Assembly: GCA_016840085.1 (NCBI GenBank)
Contig: JAEOTA010000056.1
Coordinates: forward strand, 1-64,000
Length of the DNA stretch: 64,000 nt
DNA from: Promethearchaeota archaeon
GTDB taxonomy: Archaea; Asgardarchaeota; Lokiarchaeia; Sigyniarchaeales; SOKP01
Reading direction: 5' to 3'
The notes beneath the pieces were generated by a model. It was not told where the DNA came from and ran no database searches. It saw only the letters and a list, made by a program, of their open reading frames with translations. Positions 1 to 9,848 of the stretch are shown here, piece after piece; position 1 is the first letter of the stretch; the number at the start of each line of letters is the position of its first letter. Made by a program: the position numbers and the translations under genes.

Positions 1-2
1 GG

Positions 3-254
3 GAACCCCCTCCTCAGACCTATTCTGATTGCATGAAAAAATTGGGTAATTTAGGTGTTATCACAGCTCAAACAGCTGAAAAGGCGACATCCTTGGTAAA
101 AATGAGAAACATTGTGGTACATCAATATGACAATATTAATTATCGTTTATTATTCAAGGGACTATGCGAATTATTTGAAGATTTTCCACTATTTCAAGAG
201 GAGATCCTTACGTGGATCAATTCTCAAGAGAAAAATAAGACGCAAAAGGATTAA
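3..254 (+). CDS. DUF86/HepT-like HEPN ribonuclease toxin, 3' part (runs off the window start)
   Basis: The frame is open from base 3 (EPPPQTYSDCMKKL...) and carries the RNIVVHQY = R-x4-H-x-Y HEPN motif. Confidence 0.85.
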   Translation, partial: EPPPQTYSDCMKKLGNLGVITAQTAEKATSLVKMRNIVVHQYDNINYRLLFKGLCELFEDFPLFQEEILTWINSQEKNKTQKD

Positions 255-263
255 AAGGACTAA

Positions 264-752
264 TATTCCCTCTCTTGTCTCATTATTCAAATTATCAGAA
301 AAGACACTGTAGCTCCAGTTATTATTATCAATTCACCAGCTGAAGGAAAAAAATTTGGTAAAAAAGCACCTTCCTTTGATCTCAATATCACTGTTCTTAA
401 CTTTGCTACAATTTGGTATTCGCTTGATGGAGGAGTTTCCAATTTTGCGGTTAATGCAACCGGAGCTATTGACCAAACAGCGTGGGCAGCCTTAGCCAAT
501 GGAGAGGTTACTATTACGTTCTATGCCAGAGATATTGCGGGAAATGAAGTATCAGAAAGTGTTACCATAATCAAGAGCGTTCCAAGGGGACTAGAGCCGG
601 GTGTCATTGCAATTATTGTTGTTGCTTCTGTAGTTGGAGGATTAGCTATAATAGGTGCGATTTTGGGAATACTTTTAAAAATAACAAATTTAAAAAAGAA
701 CGCATTCCAGGATATAATCTATACATTCTCCTTGGCATCCTACCCATTGTAG
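264..752 (+). pseudogene. 5'-truncated fragment of a surface protein (Ig-like domain plus C-terminal TM anchor)
   Basis: Not in the ORF track. The open frame reads KDTVAPVIIINSP...APSFDLNI...TIWYSLDGG...IDQTAWAAL..GEVTITFYARDIAGNE, then a hydrophobic helix. It is homologous to the Ig-like part of 19549-21450 and has no start codon or signal peptide. Confidence 0.75.
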
Positions 753-844
753 CAATCGTTTTAAGTAAAAAAGTAAAGAAATCTTGAATTCTAAACTCTT
801 GTTTTTCTTTTTTTTCTATTTTATAATATATTTCAACATAATTG

Positions 845-1855
845 TTATTTTTCTTCACTTTTATTGAGTTTGTCTCCTTTATTAAGAGATGAATTACGAT
901 TTACAAGTGTTATTCCCAATATTACAAGTAATAGAGCAAAAGGATAGATGAAGAAATCGAATTCTTCTTGTAAAAATATAGCAGAAAAGATCACTCCAAA
1001 TAATGGTACTAAAGTTTGGAATATCGCAGCCCTACTAGCATCTAAACGTTTAACACCTTCTAAATAGAACGTGTACGCTAATATTGAAGAAACAAAAGCT
1101 AAATATGCAATTCCAATCCACACACGGCTTGGAATGGTTATATATTCTAATGGATTAAGATATTCTGGACTAATGAGTAATGCTATAGGAGTGGTTATTA
1201 AAAAACCAAAAAAAGATACCCACGTTATTATCCATAAAGAGCTTGGTTGATAAGAATCAATATTTTTTTGAGTTTTGTTCATAAAAAATCGTGAAGTTAC
1301 CGTATATACCGCATAAGCAAATGCAGCAACCAATATTAAAACATCTCCAAGAATTCGATTAGACACATTTACATTTGGAGAAAATCCTACAACGATGACA
1401 ACAGCCATAAACGCTAAAAGAGTTCCTACACCTTTTTTCCAAGTAAAAGATTCTGTTTTTAAAAGTTTACTAGAAAGAATAACAACCCAAATAGCGTTTG
1501 TTGCGACCATGATACTAGCGTCACTGGCAGCCGTAAAAATTTCACCCATAAGATAACCTATTTGATAAATCGTTACGGATAATAACCCCATAAAAGTTAA
1601 AATTTTCCAATTTTCCTTGGCGAATTGCCAATTTAAAGTTCCTTCTTTATATTTAAGAATGAGAAAAAAACAAGTTACAGCTAAGAAATAACGTATCACT
1701 GCTATCATTAGAGGTGGGATGGTTTCTCCCCCAACTTCTTCAGATACTAACCATCGACCTAATGGCCAGGTACCTCCCCAAATAACCATAGTTAATACTA
1801 ATAATACATAAGCGATGATCTCCTGTCTTCTATTAATATTTGAGGAATGACTCAA
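845..1855 (-). CDS. DMT/EamA family transporter
   Basis: About 10 TM helices in two EamA halves (IWGGTW; GD.L.L.AA..YA.Y; L.E motifs). Confidence 0.9.
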   Translation of the reverse strand: MSHSSNINRRQEIIAYVLLVLTMVIWGGTWPLGRWLVSEEVGGETIPPLMIAVIRYFLAVTCFFLILKYKEGTLNWQFAKENWKILTFMGLLSVTIYQIGYLMGEIFTAASDASIMVATNAIWVVILSSKLLKTESFTWKKGVGTLLAFMAVVIVVGFSPNVNVSNRILGDVLILVAAFAYAVYTVTSRFFMNKTQKNIDSYQPSSLWIITWVSFFGFLITTPIALLISPEYLNPLEYITIPSRVWIGIAYLAFVSSILAYTFYLEGVKRLDASRAAIFQTLVPLFGVIFSAIFLQEEFDFFIYPFALLLVILGITLVNRNSSLNKGDKLNKSEEK

Positions 1856-2087
1856 CTTTAACTCACAAGTATCAAATTATTATCGTTAAAAATATGGTCT
1901 TGAAAAAAAAGTTTTGAAATAATATCTATTTTTCTATAAATTAAATGTGGTTGTGAAGTAAATTCAGTTAATAATGTTTCACTTTTTTTTGAAGACATTT
2001 TCCATGAAATTCCTTTTCTACCTAGTTTTTTAAAATTGAAATGATATATTTAATATAGAAAAACTTTTTAAAAATAACATCTCTTTC

Positions 2088-2504
2088 ATGAATGAACGAA
2101 CAGCCAATTGGCTAGAGGAAGCAAACTGGGATCTAGAAAATGCTAAGATTTTATTTGAGAATGAAAGATTCAATACTGTAGTTTTTCATTGTCAACAAGC
2201 AGCAGAAAAAGCAGTGAAAGCCTTGCTATATCATAATAATCTTAATGGATGGGGTCATTCTATTCACTCTCTTTTAGAAAAATATAAAGAAATAAAGAAT
2301 AAGAATTTTAACGATCTTGAAAGAACAGCGCTAAGCCTTGATAAGCACTATATTACAACACGTTATCCTGATGCTCTTCCAAATATTGCGCCACATAAAG
2401 CCTATAATAAACAAGAAGCAGAATTAGCGATTAATCAAGCGAAAAAAATAATCAATTTTGTTAATAAAGAAATTAAAGGAAAAAAAGGAAATGCTAGAGG
2501 CTGA
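2088..2504 (+). CDS. HEPN domain protein
   Basis: FHCQQAAEKAVKA and YITTRYPDA motifs; overlaps the downstream nucleotidyltransferase gene. Confidence 0.9.
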   Translation: MNERTANWLEEANWDLENAKILFENERFNTVVFHCQQAAEKAVKALLYHNNLNGWGHSIHSLLEKYKEIKNKNFNDLERTALSLDKHYITTRYPDALPNIAPHKAYNKQEAELAINQAKKIINFVNKEIKGKKGNARG

Positions 2505-2913
2505 TTTGAAGAATTATTTAATCAAATTATCGGAAATTATTAACAAAAATGTGCCGTTAGATTGTGTAATTTTATTTGGATCAAGAGCGAGAAAGGATTA
2601 TCTGGAAAATAGCGATTTGGATATGATATTTGTTGGAGATTTCAAAGAATCTTTCATTAATAGGTCAACCATGATTTATGAACATTATAAATCATCTTTA
2701 GGATTGGATGCGTTTTGTTATAGAGCTAATGAATTTGATAAAATGTTTCATGAAGGCGTTGTATCTATTTTGGATGCTATTGATCATGGCATCTGTGTCT
2801 TTGGATATGATTTTTATAACAATTATAAAGAAAAACTAGAAAAACTTAAAGAAAAAGGGCTCAAACGAGATCCTCCCGTTTGGATCCTTCCAGAAAATAT
2901 GTTTTTAGATTAA
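2458..2913 (+). CDS. Minimal nucleotidyltransferase (MNT), partner of HEPN; true start probably ATG 2491
   Basis: LFGSRAR...SDLD motif. Confidence 0.9.
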   Translation: MLIKKLKEKKEMLEADLKNYLIKLSEIINKNVPLDCVILFGSRARKDYLENSDLDMIFVGDFKESFINRSTMIYEHYKSSLGLDAFCYRANEFDKMFHEGVVSILDAIDHGICVFGYDFYNNYKEKLEKLKEKGLKRDPPVWILPENMFLD

Positions 2914-2953
2914 AAGATACTTACAAATTGAAGAATAAGAAAAAATATTACTT

Positions 2954-3142
2954 TTATGCACTATTAAGCCAGGTGGTTTTTTGTTCAGGACGAGTTGGAC
3001 AACGTTTATACTTTACATTTGGATACTCAATCGTAAATACTCCAGATACATAATCAGTAAATCCTAAAATATCCTTTCGAACGTCATCAATTGTATTTAA
3101 TTCTATTAAACAAATAACAGAAATTAACGAAAGATTATTCAA
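2954..3142 (-). CDS. Possible small hypothetical protein or gene remnant
   Basis: TTG start overlaps the upstream stop (TTGA); no recognisable motif. Confidence 0.25.
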   Translation of the reverse strand: MNNLSLISVICLIELNTIDDVRKDILGFTDYVSGVFTIEYPNVKYKRCPTRPEQKTTWLNSA

Positions 3143-3786
3143 ACTTCATGATACCAATTACTAATTAAATTATGTTTTTTAATAAATCTAAGAAGATATA
3201 GAGAAATAACCATCGTAATTAAGGTTTCAATAATCCATATTAGTTGATATACTGTTAAATTACGGTCTATCTGAAATGGGCCAATATTAACGGTTCCAAA
3301 ATCTATAATAGAGTATAATAATATATCAGGAGATTGTAAGATTATTGGATAAAATAGCTCTATTGTTGCATGTGCAGGGAGATCAAGTAAAAGATGAGTT
3401 AACCCTCCAATTAATGCAGAATAAGATGCTACAACATAAAATCTTTTATCAAATTGCTTTTTCTTTAAATTATCCCATTCATCTATACCAAAATATTTCA
3501 TAGGTTTATACAAAATCCCATTTTTCCTTGCAAGCTTAGCGCAAAAAGGAGCAATATGATCGCAAAAAATCAAGGTTAATAAAAGAGTTATGGGTAAGGT
3601 AAATATTATCAGTCCTAATAAACTATGAGTGATTCCTCTAAAGTTAAATGTGAAAAATGGATCAATAACCACACTTATATCCGGAACAAAAGTACTAATG
3701 CATAAAGCGGTTCCATCAAATTTCTGTGGATATTTTATTTTTAAAATCAATCCTGGCGCTTGATGAGAGAATATACTACTTGGCAT
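3139..3786 (-). CDS. DUF4184-like membrane-bound metal-dependent hydrolase
   Basis: N-terminal SH, PD, THS and THLLLD motifs with TM helices. Confidence 0.7.
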   Translation of the reverse strand: MPSSIFSHQAPGLILKIKYPQKFDGTALCISTFVPDISVVIDPFFTFNFRGITHSLLGLIIFTLPITLLLTLIFCDHIAPFCAKLARKNGILYKPMKYFGIDEWDNLKKKQFDKRFYVVASYSALIGGLTHLLLDLPAHATIELFYPIILQSPDILLYSIIDFGTVNIGPFQIDRNLTVYQLIWIIETLITMVISLYLLRFIKKHNLISNWYHEV

Positions 3787-3831
3787 TTAAACATCATATT
3801 CTTTTTATTTATATGAGTTATAATAATAAAA

Positions 3832-4647
3832 TTAACTTTTTGAAAAACCACCATGATGAAATTCAATTTTATATTCTAGATTTAGATTTTTACAAAACGC
3901 ATCAATTTCAGATTCAATCATATCCCATTGAGAGTGGTCCTTTCGAAAGTTTTCATATATGGGTAAAAGTTTAGGATACTTCTCTTTAATTATTTTAAAT
4001 ATTCTTGGAATATTATGAGGCCTGAAGTTCAAGTTTTCAAACATATAAGAATCAGTATAATCTTTGGTTTTTTTCATAATAGCTTTATAATTAGTGATTT
4101 TAGGAAATAAAGGGGAAATAAAGGTATATGTTTTAATTCCATTTTCATGAATCTCTTTCAGAGCTTCTAGCCTTTCTTCTGGTCTTGATGCCCCTCGCTC
4201 GATAATTTTAGCAAATTCAGCATCTAATGTGCTTATTGAAATACCTACCTCTAAATTGTCAAATTTTTTAAATATATCAATGTCTCTTACAACAAATTTT
4301 GATTTGGTTAATATGGATATATGAGCAGTGGTACCTACTAGTTTTTCTAAGATTTTTCTTGTATTTTCATATTTTAATTCTAATGGAATATATGGGTCAG
4401 TTACAGAACTAAGTAAAAGTCTCTTACCATTATATTTTTGCGGTTTAATCTTATTAAAATCAAATTGTTTAATATCTAAAAATTGCCCCCATTTATCGCC
4501 CTTATGATTAGTAAATCTAATCATGAATTCTGCATAGCAATAAATGCAACCGTGCTGGCAACCGGTATAGGGGTTGATTACATAATCAATTGAGGGAATA
4601 TTACTTTTGGTTATAATACTTTTAGCTTCTCGAAAATCAATTTTCAT
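3832..4647 (-). CDS. Radical SAM protein, spore-photoproduct-lyase-like family
   Basis: INPYTGCQHGCIYCYA (CxxxCxxC), SSVTDPY and TKS motifs. Confidence 0.88.
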   Translation of the reverse strand: MKIDFREAKSIITKSNIPSIDYVINPYTGCQHGCIYCYAEFMIRFTNHKGDKWGQFLDIKQFDFNKIKPQKYNGKRLLLSSVTDPYIPLELKYENTRKILEKLVGTTAHISILTKSKFVVRDIDIFKKFDNLEVGISISTLDAEFAKIIERGASRPEERLEALKEIHENGIKTYTFISPLFPKITNYKAIMKKTKDYTDSYMFENLNFRPHNIPRIFKIIKEKYPKLLPIYENFRKDHSQWDMIESEIDAFCKNLNLEYKIEFHHGGFSKS

Positions 4648-4674
4648 TTTTCTTTAACTAGAAAGTTTTGAATG

Positions 4675-5496
4675 TTATATTGTATTATTATTCTTTTTAT
4701 TTGTTTTCCTTCTTGTTTGATAATAAAATAATATAACAAAAAGATTTGTTATAAGATGAAATACCCACGCGAATATTAATCCTAACTGAATTAAAGCAAA
4801 AAAGTAAATGATTGAAGATAATAATGTTGAAATAACATGTCACCAATTTTTCGATGAAGAATAATGAACAAACCCAAAAATTAATGATATTACTATAATA
4901 CCTATAAAGATATTCAAATTAAAATAATAAATAAAGAAACTTAATAAGATACTTCTATATATCAATTCCTCTATAAATGCACTGAGCGGAAATAATAAAA
5001 CAAACATAATTATTTTTCGATAATCTATTTCTTTAGTAAAATATTGAAAAATATCATCACCACCCCCTGCTTCAAGAATCTCAATATTATTCATAAAATA
5101 GATCTTAACACCCCCTAATTTTAATAGCACCAACGCTAACAATATGGAAAAGGATAACATATCAATTCTATGGACTAATCCTATTAAGTTTTTAATAGAA
5201 AAGAAAAATGGGGGAGATAAAGGTCTATAAAAGAAGATTATAACTATTTGAAATGTAATTGGGATAATAAGCAATGAACTCTGAAAAGTTATTGTAATTC
5301 TATCTACTCTTTCTTTAAAATTGAAAATTATTGAACATATTAATAGAATAAGAATAGAAAAACTGATAAAATATAAAATGATAATATTATTGTATGTTGA
5401 ATAGAAAAACCAAAACTCAAAAACCAAGAAAATAATTGAATTTTAAATAATTTTGTTTCTTATTTTTGTTTTTATTTCATAATCCCGGCTTATCAT
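4675..5496 (-). pseudogene. CPBP (CAAX protease/Abi) intramembrane protease with two in-frame stops
   Basis: One frame runs from ATG 5496 to TAA 4675 with EELIYR, FGFVH and HLITN motifs. It is interrupted by TAA 5443-5445 and TGA 4840-4842. Confidence 0.75.
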
Positions 5497-5602
5497 AAGA
5501 ATTATATTATTATTATGTTAATTTTAAATAAAGCAATTAATAAAAATTCATTTTTTAATTACTATAAATATTATTTTAGTTTTAAGATAAAATTACTATA
5601 AA

Positions 5603-6151
5603 ATGAAAGTTCCATACAAAATAGAGACTAAAAGACTTGTACTTAGATCATTCATCAAAGAGGATTTTAAAGCATTTCATGATTTAGTAAGCAATGAAGA
5701 AACAATCAAAAGCCTTTATCTTAAAGATCAATTTAAAGAAATTAACAAAGTTCAATACTTATTTAATTCTTTAATTAATCCTTATAATTCTTCTGAGTCA
5801 ATTTTTGTCTTAGCTATCACAGATAAAGAAAATGAAAATTTCCTGGGATTCTGTGGATTTAAAGATTTAGAAAATAACAGTGATGCATTAACGTTCTATG
5901 CATTGTTACCAGAATATCGAGGTTATGGATATGCTATAGAATTTATGAAAAAACTTATCGAATACGCATTTTTAAGACTAGATTTACCTAAGATTGTCGC
6001 ACTCATTAATCCAAGGTATACTAAATCATGGAAAGTTGCCGAAAGAATAGGAATGAAGTACATGGGGCACGTTAAATATAAGAATTTTAATCCTGATCCA
6101 ATGTTTTTTACTATTGAAAAAAAAGAATTCGAAGCTCAAAGAGCGTATTGA
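5603..6151 (+). CDS. GNAT N-acetyltransferase, RimJ/RimL family
   Basis: IETKRLVLR and YRGYGYA motifs. Confidence 0.88.
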   Translation: MKVPYKIETKRLVLRSFIKEDFKAFHDLVSNEETIKSLYLKDQFKEINKVQYLFNSLINPYNSSESIFVLAITDKENENFLGFCGFKDLENNSDALTFYALLPEYRGYGYAIEFMKKLIEYAFLRLDLPKIVALINPRYTKSWKVAERIGMKYMGHVKYKNFNPDPMFFTIEKKEFEAQRAY

Positions 6152-6181
6152 AAAATTTTTTTAAAAATACTTTTGAGATAA

Positions 6182-6754
6182 TCAGGGATATCCAATTGGA
6201 ATAATGTATAACGGTTCTGTTTTTTTAGGAAGATTTAGAACTTCTTTAACGCGGTCATCTTCATAAGCCCCAATTGGGACTGAGGCTAAACCTAAAGCAA
6301 CAGCTTCTAGATGAACGTTTTGAGCACAATGCCCAATTTCAATGAATACATATCGTACACCTCTTTCGCCATACCTTTGAGTGGTTCTTGAAAATATCGC
6401 ACAAATTATTATATTCATGTATGCTTCAGATATAAAATTTTGATCCCAAGAGGCTCTAGCTAGGTTCTTACTTAAATCCTCCTCAATAATTAATTCTAAG
6501 ATATGTTTTTTAAAATTATAGTGAAAAAAACCTTTATCTTTTAATGTAACATATATCTCTAATGGATAAGTAGCACCTGCGGAAGGCACTGTTCTTTTAA
6601 ATCCTTTTAGTCCCTGGGCAGACCATAAGATTTGTGAAATTTTTTCAATTTCAATCTTTTTATCTTTAAATTTTCTCACGCTTTCACGATTATAAATACA
6701 TTCTTCAAGACTTTTAGTACCTTTTAGTTGTGGATCTGGAAGGTGAATTGACAT
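6182..6754 (-). CDS. SagB/ThcOx-like nitroreductase family protein
   Basis: RESVRKF, RTVPSAGATYPLE and EIGHCAQN motifs. Confidence 0.9.
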   Translation of the reverse strand: MSIHLPDPQLKGTKSLEECIYNRESVRKFKDKKIEIEKISQILWSAQGLKGFKRTVPSAGATYPLEIYVTLKDKGFFHYNFKKHILELIIEEDLSKNLARASWDQNFISEAYMNIIICAIFSRTTQRYGERGVRYVFIEIGHCAQNVHLEAVALGLASVPIGAYEDDRVKEVLNLPKKTEPLYIIPIGYP

Positions 6755-6864
6755 ATTACTACCGTTTTATTTTAAAACCTTGTGATATAATAGAGAGCCC
6801 ACTATTAATATTTATTTTCTTGATAATAGGAAAGTTTTTTTTTATAGAAATAACTGAGTCTTAT

Positions 6865-7221
6865 ATGACATCTGAACCTGATTTAAAGATCATCTTTCAA
6901 GAATGGAATGAATTGAATATTAAGACCCAGGAGTCTCTTGGACAATTTGATTTCTCCAAAATTAAAGAAATCAGAAAGAAACAGAAAGAAATTGAAGATT
7001 CGATATTTGAAATTCTCAAATCAAACGCACCAGATAATATTAAAGCACTATTACCTGATGATTGTGGGGAAATGGAAGTAGGTTTTGAGAGTGAAGAAAA
7101 AACATTTTATTTTGTAATGTTTGACCCTGAGTGTAGTGATGATGAGGAAGAAGCTCTTATTGCAATTACTATCAATACAAATAAAGACGTGAAAATGATT
7201 AAAGATTTTGAAATGGAGTAA
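6865..7221 (+). CDS. Acidic hypothetical protein (start reassigned to ATG 6865)
   Basis: Protein-like composition starts at MTSEPDL; the upstream extension overlaps the divergent gene. Confidence 0.65.
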   Translation: MTSEPDLKIIFQEWNELNIKTQESLGQFDFSKIKEIRKKQKEIEDSIFEILKSNAPDNIKALLPDDCGEMEVGFESEEKTFYFVMFDPECSDDEEEALIAITINTNKDVKMIKDFEME

Positions 7222-7369
7222 ATTTTTCTGTTTTATTCCTTTAATAACCTATAAATTGTATAATTTAGTAAAAAGGATAAACATAAATAATGAATTCAAA
7301 ATAATCCATTTAAATGAATTAATTTAAGTATGAAGTGATTTTAAAATTTCTATTCCATCATCCTTAAGA

Positions 7370-8959
7370 GTGGGTCCAAGAACAACAAATACACTTGCTA
7401 AAAAACGCTATTTAATAGTTTATACCATGGTAATTGTGGTGAGTGCTCAACCGACGATTATCTGGTTATGGTTTTTTTGGCAATCCTTCTATAATCTTCT
7501 ATTTATCTTCTATTTGCTGTTTCCATTTGCTTTCTTTGTTGGTATAATTATTTTAATATTGAGTTCAATAATAGTAGCAAGAATTTTTCTATTTTTTATT
7601 AATTTGATACATAAGCCAAAGGAAGGTGTATTTCTTAGAGATAAAAATGATAAAGATTATTGTTATTGGAGTTTGCGCGCAGTTGTTAAAAAGTGGCCAA
7701 CGTGGTTAGCGCGACAGTTATCTTTACCATTACTTGAGACTTTACTTTTTAAAATTTTAGGAATCAAAACATCATTTTCAAATTGTTTAAGCGAGGGATG
7801 GGTTGATCTTGAATTTATAGAAATGGGTAAAAATGTTAGAATTGGTCAAGGCAGCTTTGTAATTTCTAATATTATTATAAAGAATAAGCTTATTATAAAA
7901 AAGGTGATAATAAAAGATAATGTTATCATAGGTGCACATGCAGTTGTATTACCAGGAACAGTAATTGAATCTAATACTATTCTTGATGCAATTTCTATGA
8001 CAACCATAGATCAACATTTAGAAAGAGATTCAATATATTGTGGTGCTCCTGCTAAAAAAGATGATGAACTTTTTATTGTTAAGAATGAAAAAGAATTTGA
8101 AATACTAATATTTGAAGATGATATTAAAGAGAAATATGATGAAGAAAATCTAAGGGCACATGTTAAAGAAATGTCTGTTCCGTTCCATTTCTATGTAATA
8201 TCAGGTTGGATAATAATAGGAGCATCTTTTATTTTGCCTAGCTTTTTCTTTTTTTCATTTCTTTTTGGAGTTCTAACACCGAACTTATTAACAACTCCTT
8301 TATCATTTGAGACTCTATTAAATATAAATATTGTTCTGATTTTAATTTTTACTCCTTTAGTTTTAATCTGTATTTATTTATTACACTTGTTTTTTGTTGC
8401 TCTATTTACTAAATGGTTTTATAAATTAACTGATAAAAGAGGCCCTGAACAGGGTGTTTTTGATAGAAATTTAGATGAAACCTCAACGATTTTAGATTAT
8501 TATCATTTTAGATCTTTTCTATTTAAATATCCAATTTTCGCTTTTATTCGCTCTCCTTTTCCTTGGCTATTGAATTGCGAGTTAAGATTCCTCCATTCTA
8601 ATAAAATCGGAAAAGGAACTGTATTTGAAGATACGTTTCTTCACAGTCACATTGATTTTGGGGAAAAATGCTATATTGGAACCTTTGCTCACATTACAAA
8701 TCATGTTGTTGATGGTGTATACGGTGAAGAAAATTTAACATTTTTTGGAGCCCAAATAGGAAATAACTGCGTGTTCAATGCCTCAAGTGGAGCATTTCCA
8801 GGATTAGAAATGGATGATAATTCTACTATATTACCTATATCTGCTACAATTAAATTTGATAAACTTGGAAAAGATGGAATATACGGTGGGTTTCCTGCTA
8901 AGAAACTTAATGCTGATGCTATAATTAAACTTCTGGGTGGTAAAAATAATGAAGAATAA
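7370..8959 (+). CDS. Membrane protein with two TM-pair plus hexapeptide (left-handed beta-helix) acyltransferase-like units
   Basis: IGAHAVVLPGTVI and IGNNCVF repeats, Y.G.PAKK unit ends, and P.EG.F.R motifs after the TM pairs. Confidence 0.75.
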   Translation: MGPRTTNTLAKKRYLIVYTMVIVVSAQPTIIWLWFFWQSFYNLLFIFYLLFPFAFFVGIIILILSSIIVARIFLFFINLIHKPKEGVFLRDKNDKDYCYWSLRAVVKKWPTWLARQLSLPLLETLLFKILGIKTSFSNCLSEGWVDLEFIEMGKNVRIGQGSFVISNIIIKNKLIIKKVIIKDNVIIGAHAVVLPGTVIESNTILDAISMTTIDQHLERDSIYCGAPAKKDDELFIVKNEKEFEILIFEDDIKEKYDEENLRAHVKEMSVPFHFYVISGWIIIGASFILPSFFFFSFLFGVLTPNLLTTPLSFETLLNINIVLILIFTPLVLICIYLLHLFFVALFTKWFYKLTDKRGPEQGVFDRNLDETSTILDYYHFRSFLFKYPIFAFIRSPFPWLLNCELRFLHSNKIGKGTVFEDTFLHSHIDFGEKCYIGTFAHITNHVVDGVYGEENLTFFGAQIGNNCVFNASSGAFPGLEMDDNSTILPISATIKFDKLGKDGIYGGFPAKKLNADAIIKLLGGKNNEE

Positions 8960-9836
8960 GGATTCAAATATGAATACTGAAAATTTAGAATTAATAGATA
9001 TAAGAAAAATCCCAATTACCACAAACGCATTCACATGGTCCTGTTCTAGCATTTTACTTTATTTATTTCTCCATATTATATCTATTTTAATTCCAACCAC
9101 AATGATATTATCATTTTTTAGTTTTGCTATGGATTCAAATTTCTTTCATTGGAGAATATTACTCATATTCATAGATGTATTGGCTTGGTGGGGGGCTTAC
9201 CTCCTTACCAGTCTTTTTCTTGGGAAGCTTTGTTTAATTACTTTAAAATTAATCCATAAACCTAAAGAAGGGCTTTTTAAAGCTGATAAAAGCAACCGGG
9301 ATTTTTCATTTTTTTGTCTTAGAGTCACAACCAAGAAATTTATTTTCTGGATATGGAATAACTTTTGCTTTCCTTGGGTTTCAAATTTTGCTTTTAAAAT
9401 GTGTGATATGAGAGCAGATTTCAAAAGTACCATGTTTGATGGATGGAGTGACGTGGAATTTATAGAATTTGGAAATAATATAATGGTTGGACAAGGAGCG
9501 CAAATTTTTTCAAGTATAATTATTAGGATAAACAAAATTGATTATCTTCTAATAAAAAAAGTCATAATCGGGGATCATGTAGTGTTAGGGGGTAATTCAA
9601 TTGTAGCACCAGGTACTATTGTCGGTAAAGGAACTACACTGGGGGTGTGGACTGTAACGTATATTAACCAGATTTTAGATCCTGATTATATTTATATCGG
9701 AAAACCAGCAAGAAAATACCAACCAACTCAAAAAGCGATTGAAGAAACTAAAAAGGAAGCTACAAGAAGGATTATAGATACAGGTGAAAAAATACTATTT
9801 GATATATCCAAATTTAAAAAGAAAGATAGAAAATAA
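8937..9836 (+). CDS. Membrane protein with one TM-pair plus hexapeptide unit, paralogous to the upstream gene
   Basis: HKPKEGLF, DGWSDVEFIE, IGDHVVLGGNSIVAPGT and YIGKPARK. Confidence 0.75.
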   Translation: MVKIMKNKDSNMNTENLELIDIRKIPITTNAFTWSCSSILLYLFLHIISILIPTTMILSFFSFAMDSNFFHWRILLIFIDVLAWWGAYLLTSLFLGKLCLITLKLIHKPKEGLFKADKSNRDFSFFCLRVTTKKFIFWIWNNFCFPWVSNFAFKMCDMRADFKSTMFDGWSDVEFIEFGNNIMVGQGAQIFSSIIIRINKIDYLLIKKVIIGDHVVLGGNSIVAPGTIVGKGTTLGVWTVTYINQILDPDYIYIGKPARKYQPTQKAIEETKKEATRRIIDTGEKILFDISKFKKKDRK

Positions 9837-9848
9837 AAAAAATAATTA

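Noticed and set aside
4840-4842. Selenocysteine or recoded TGA in the CPBP gene
   Set aside because: A second in-frame TAA exists, the site is not a catalytic Cys position, and TGA is a normal stop elsewhere in the window.
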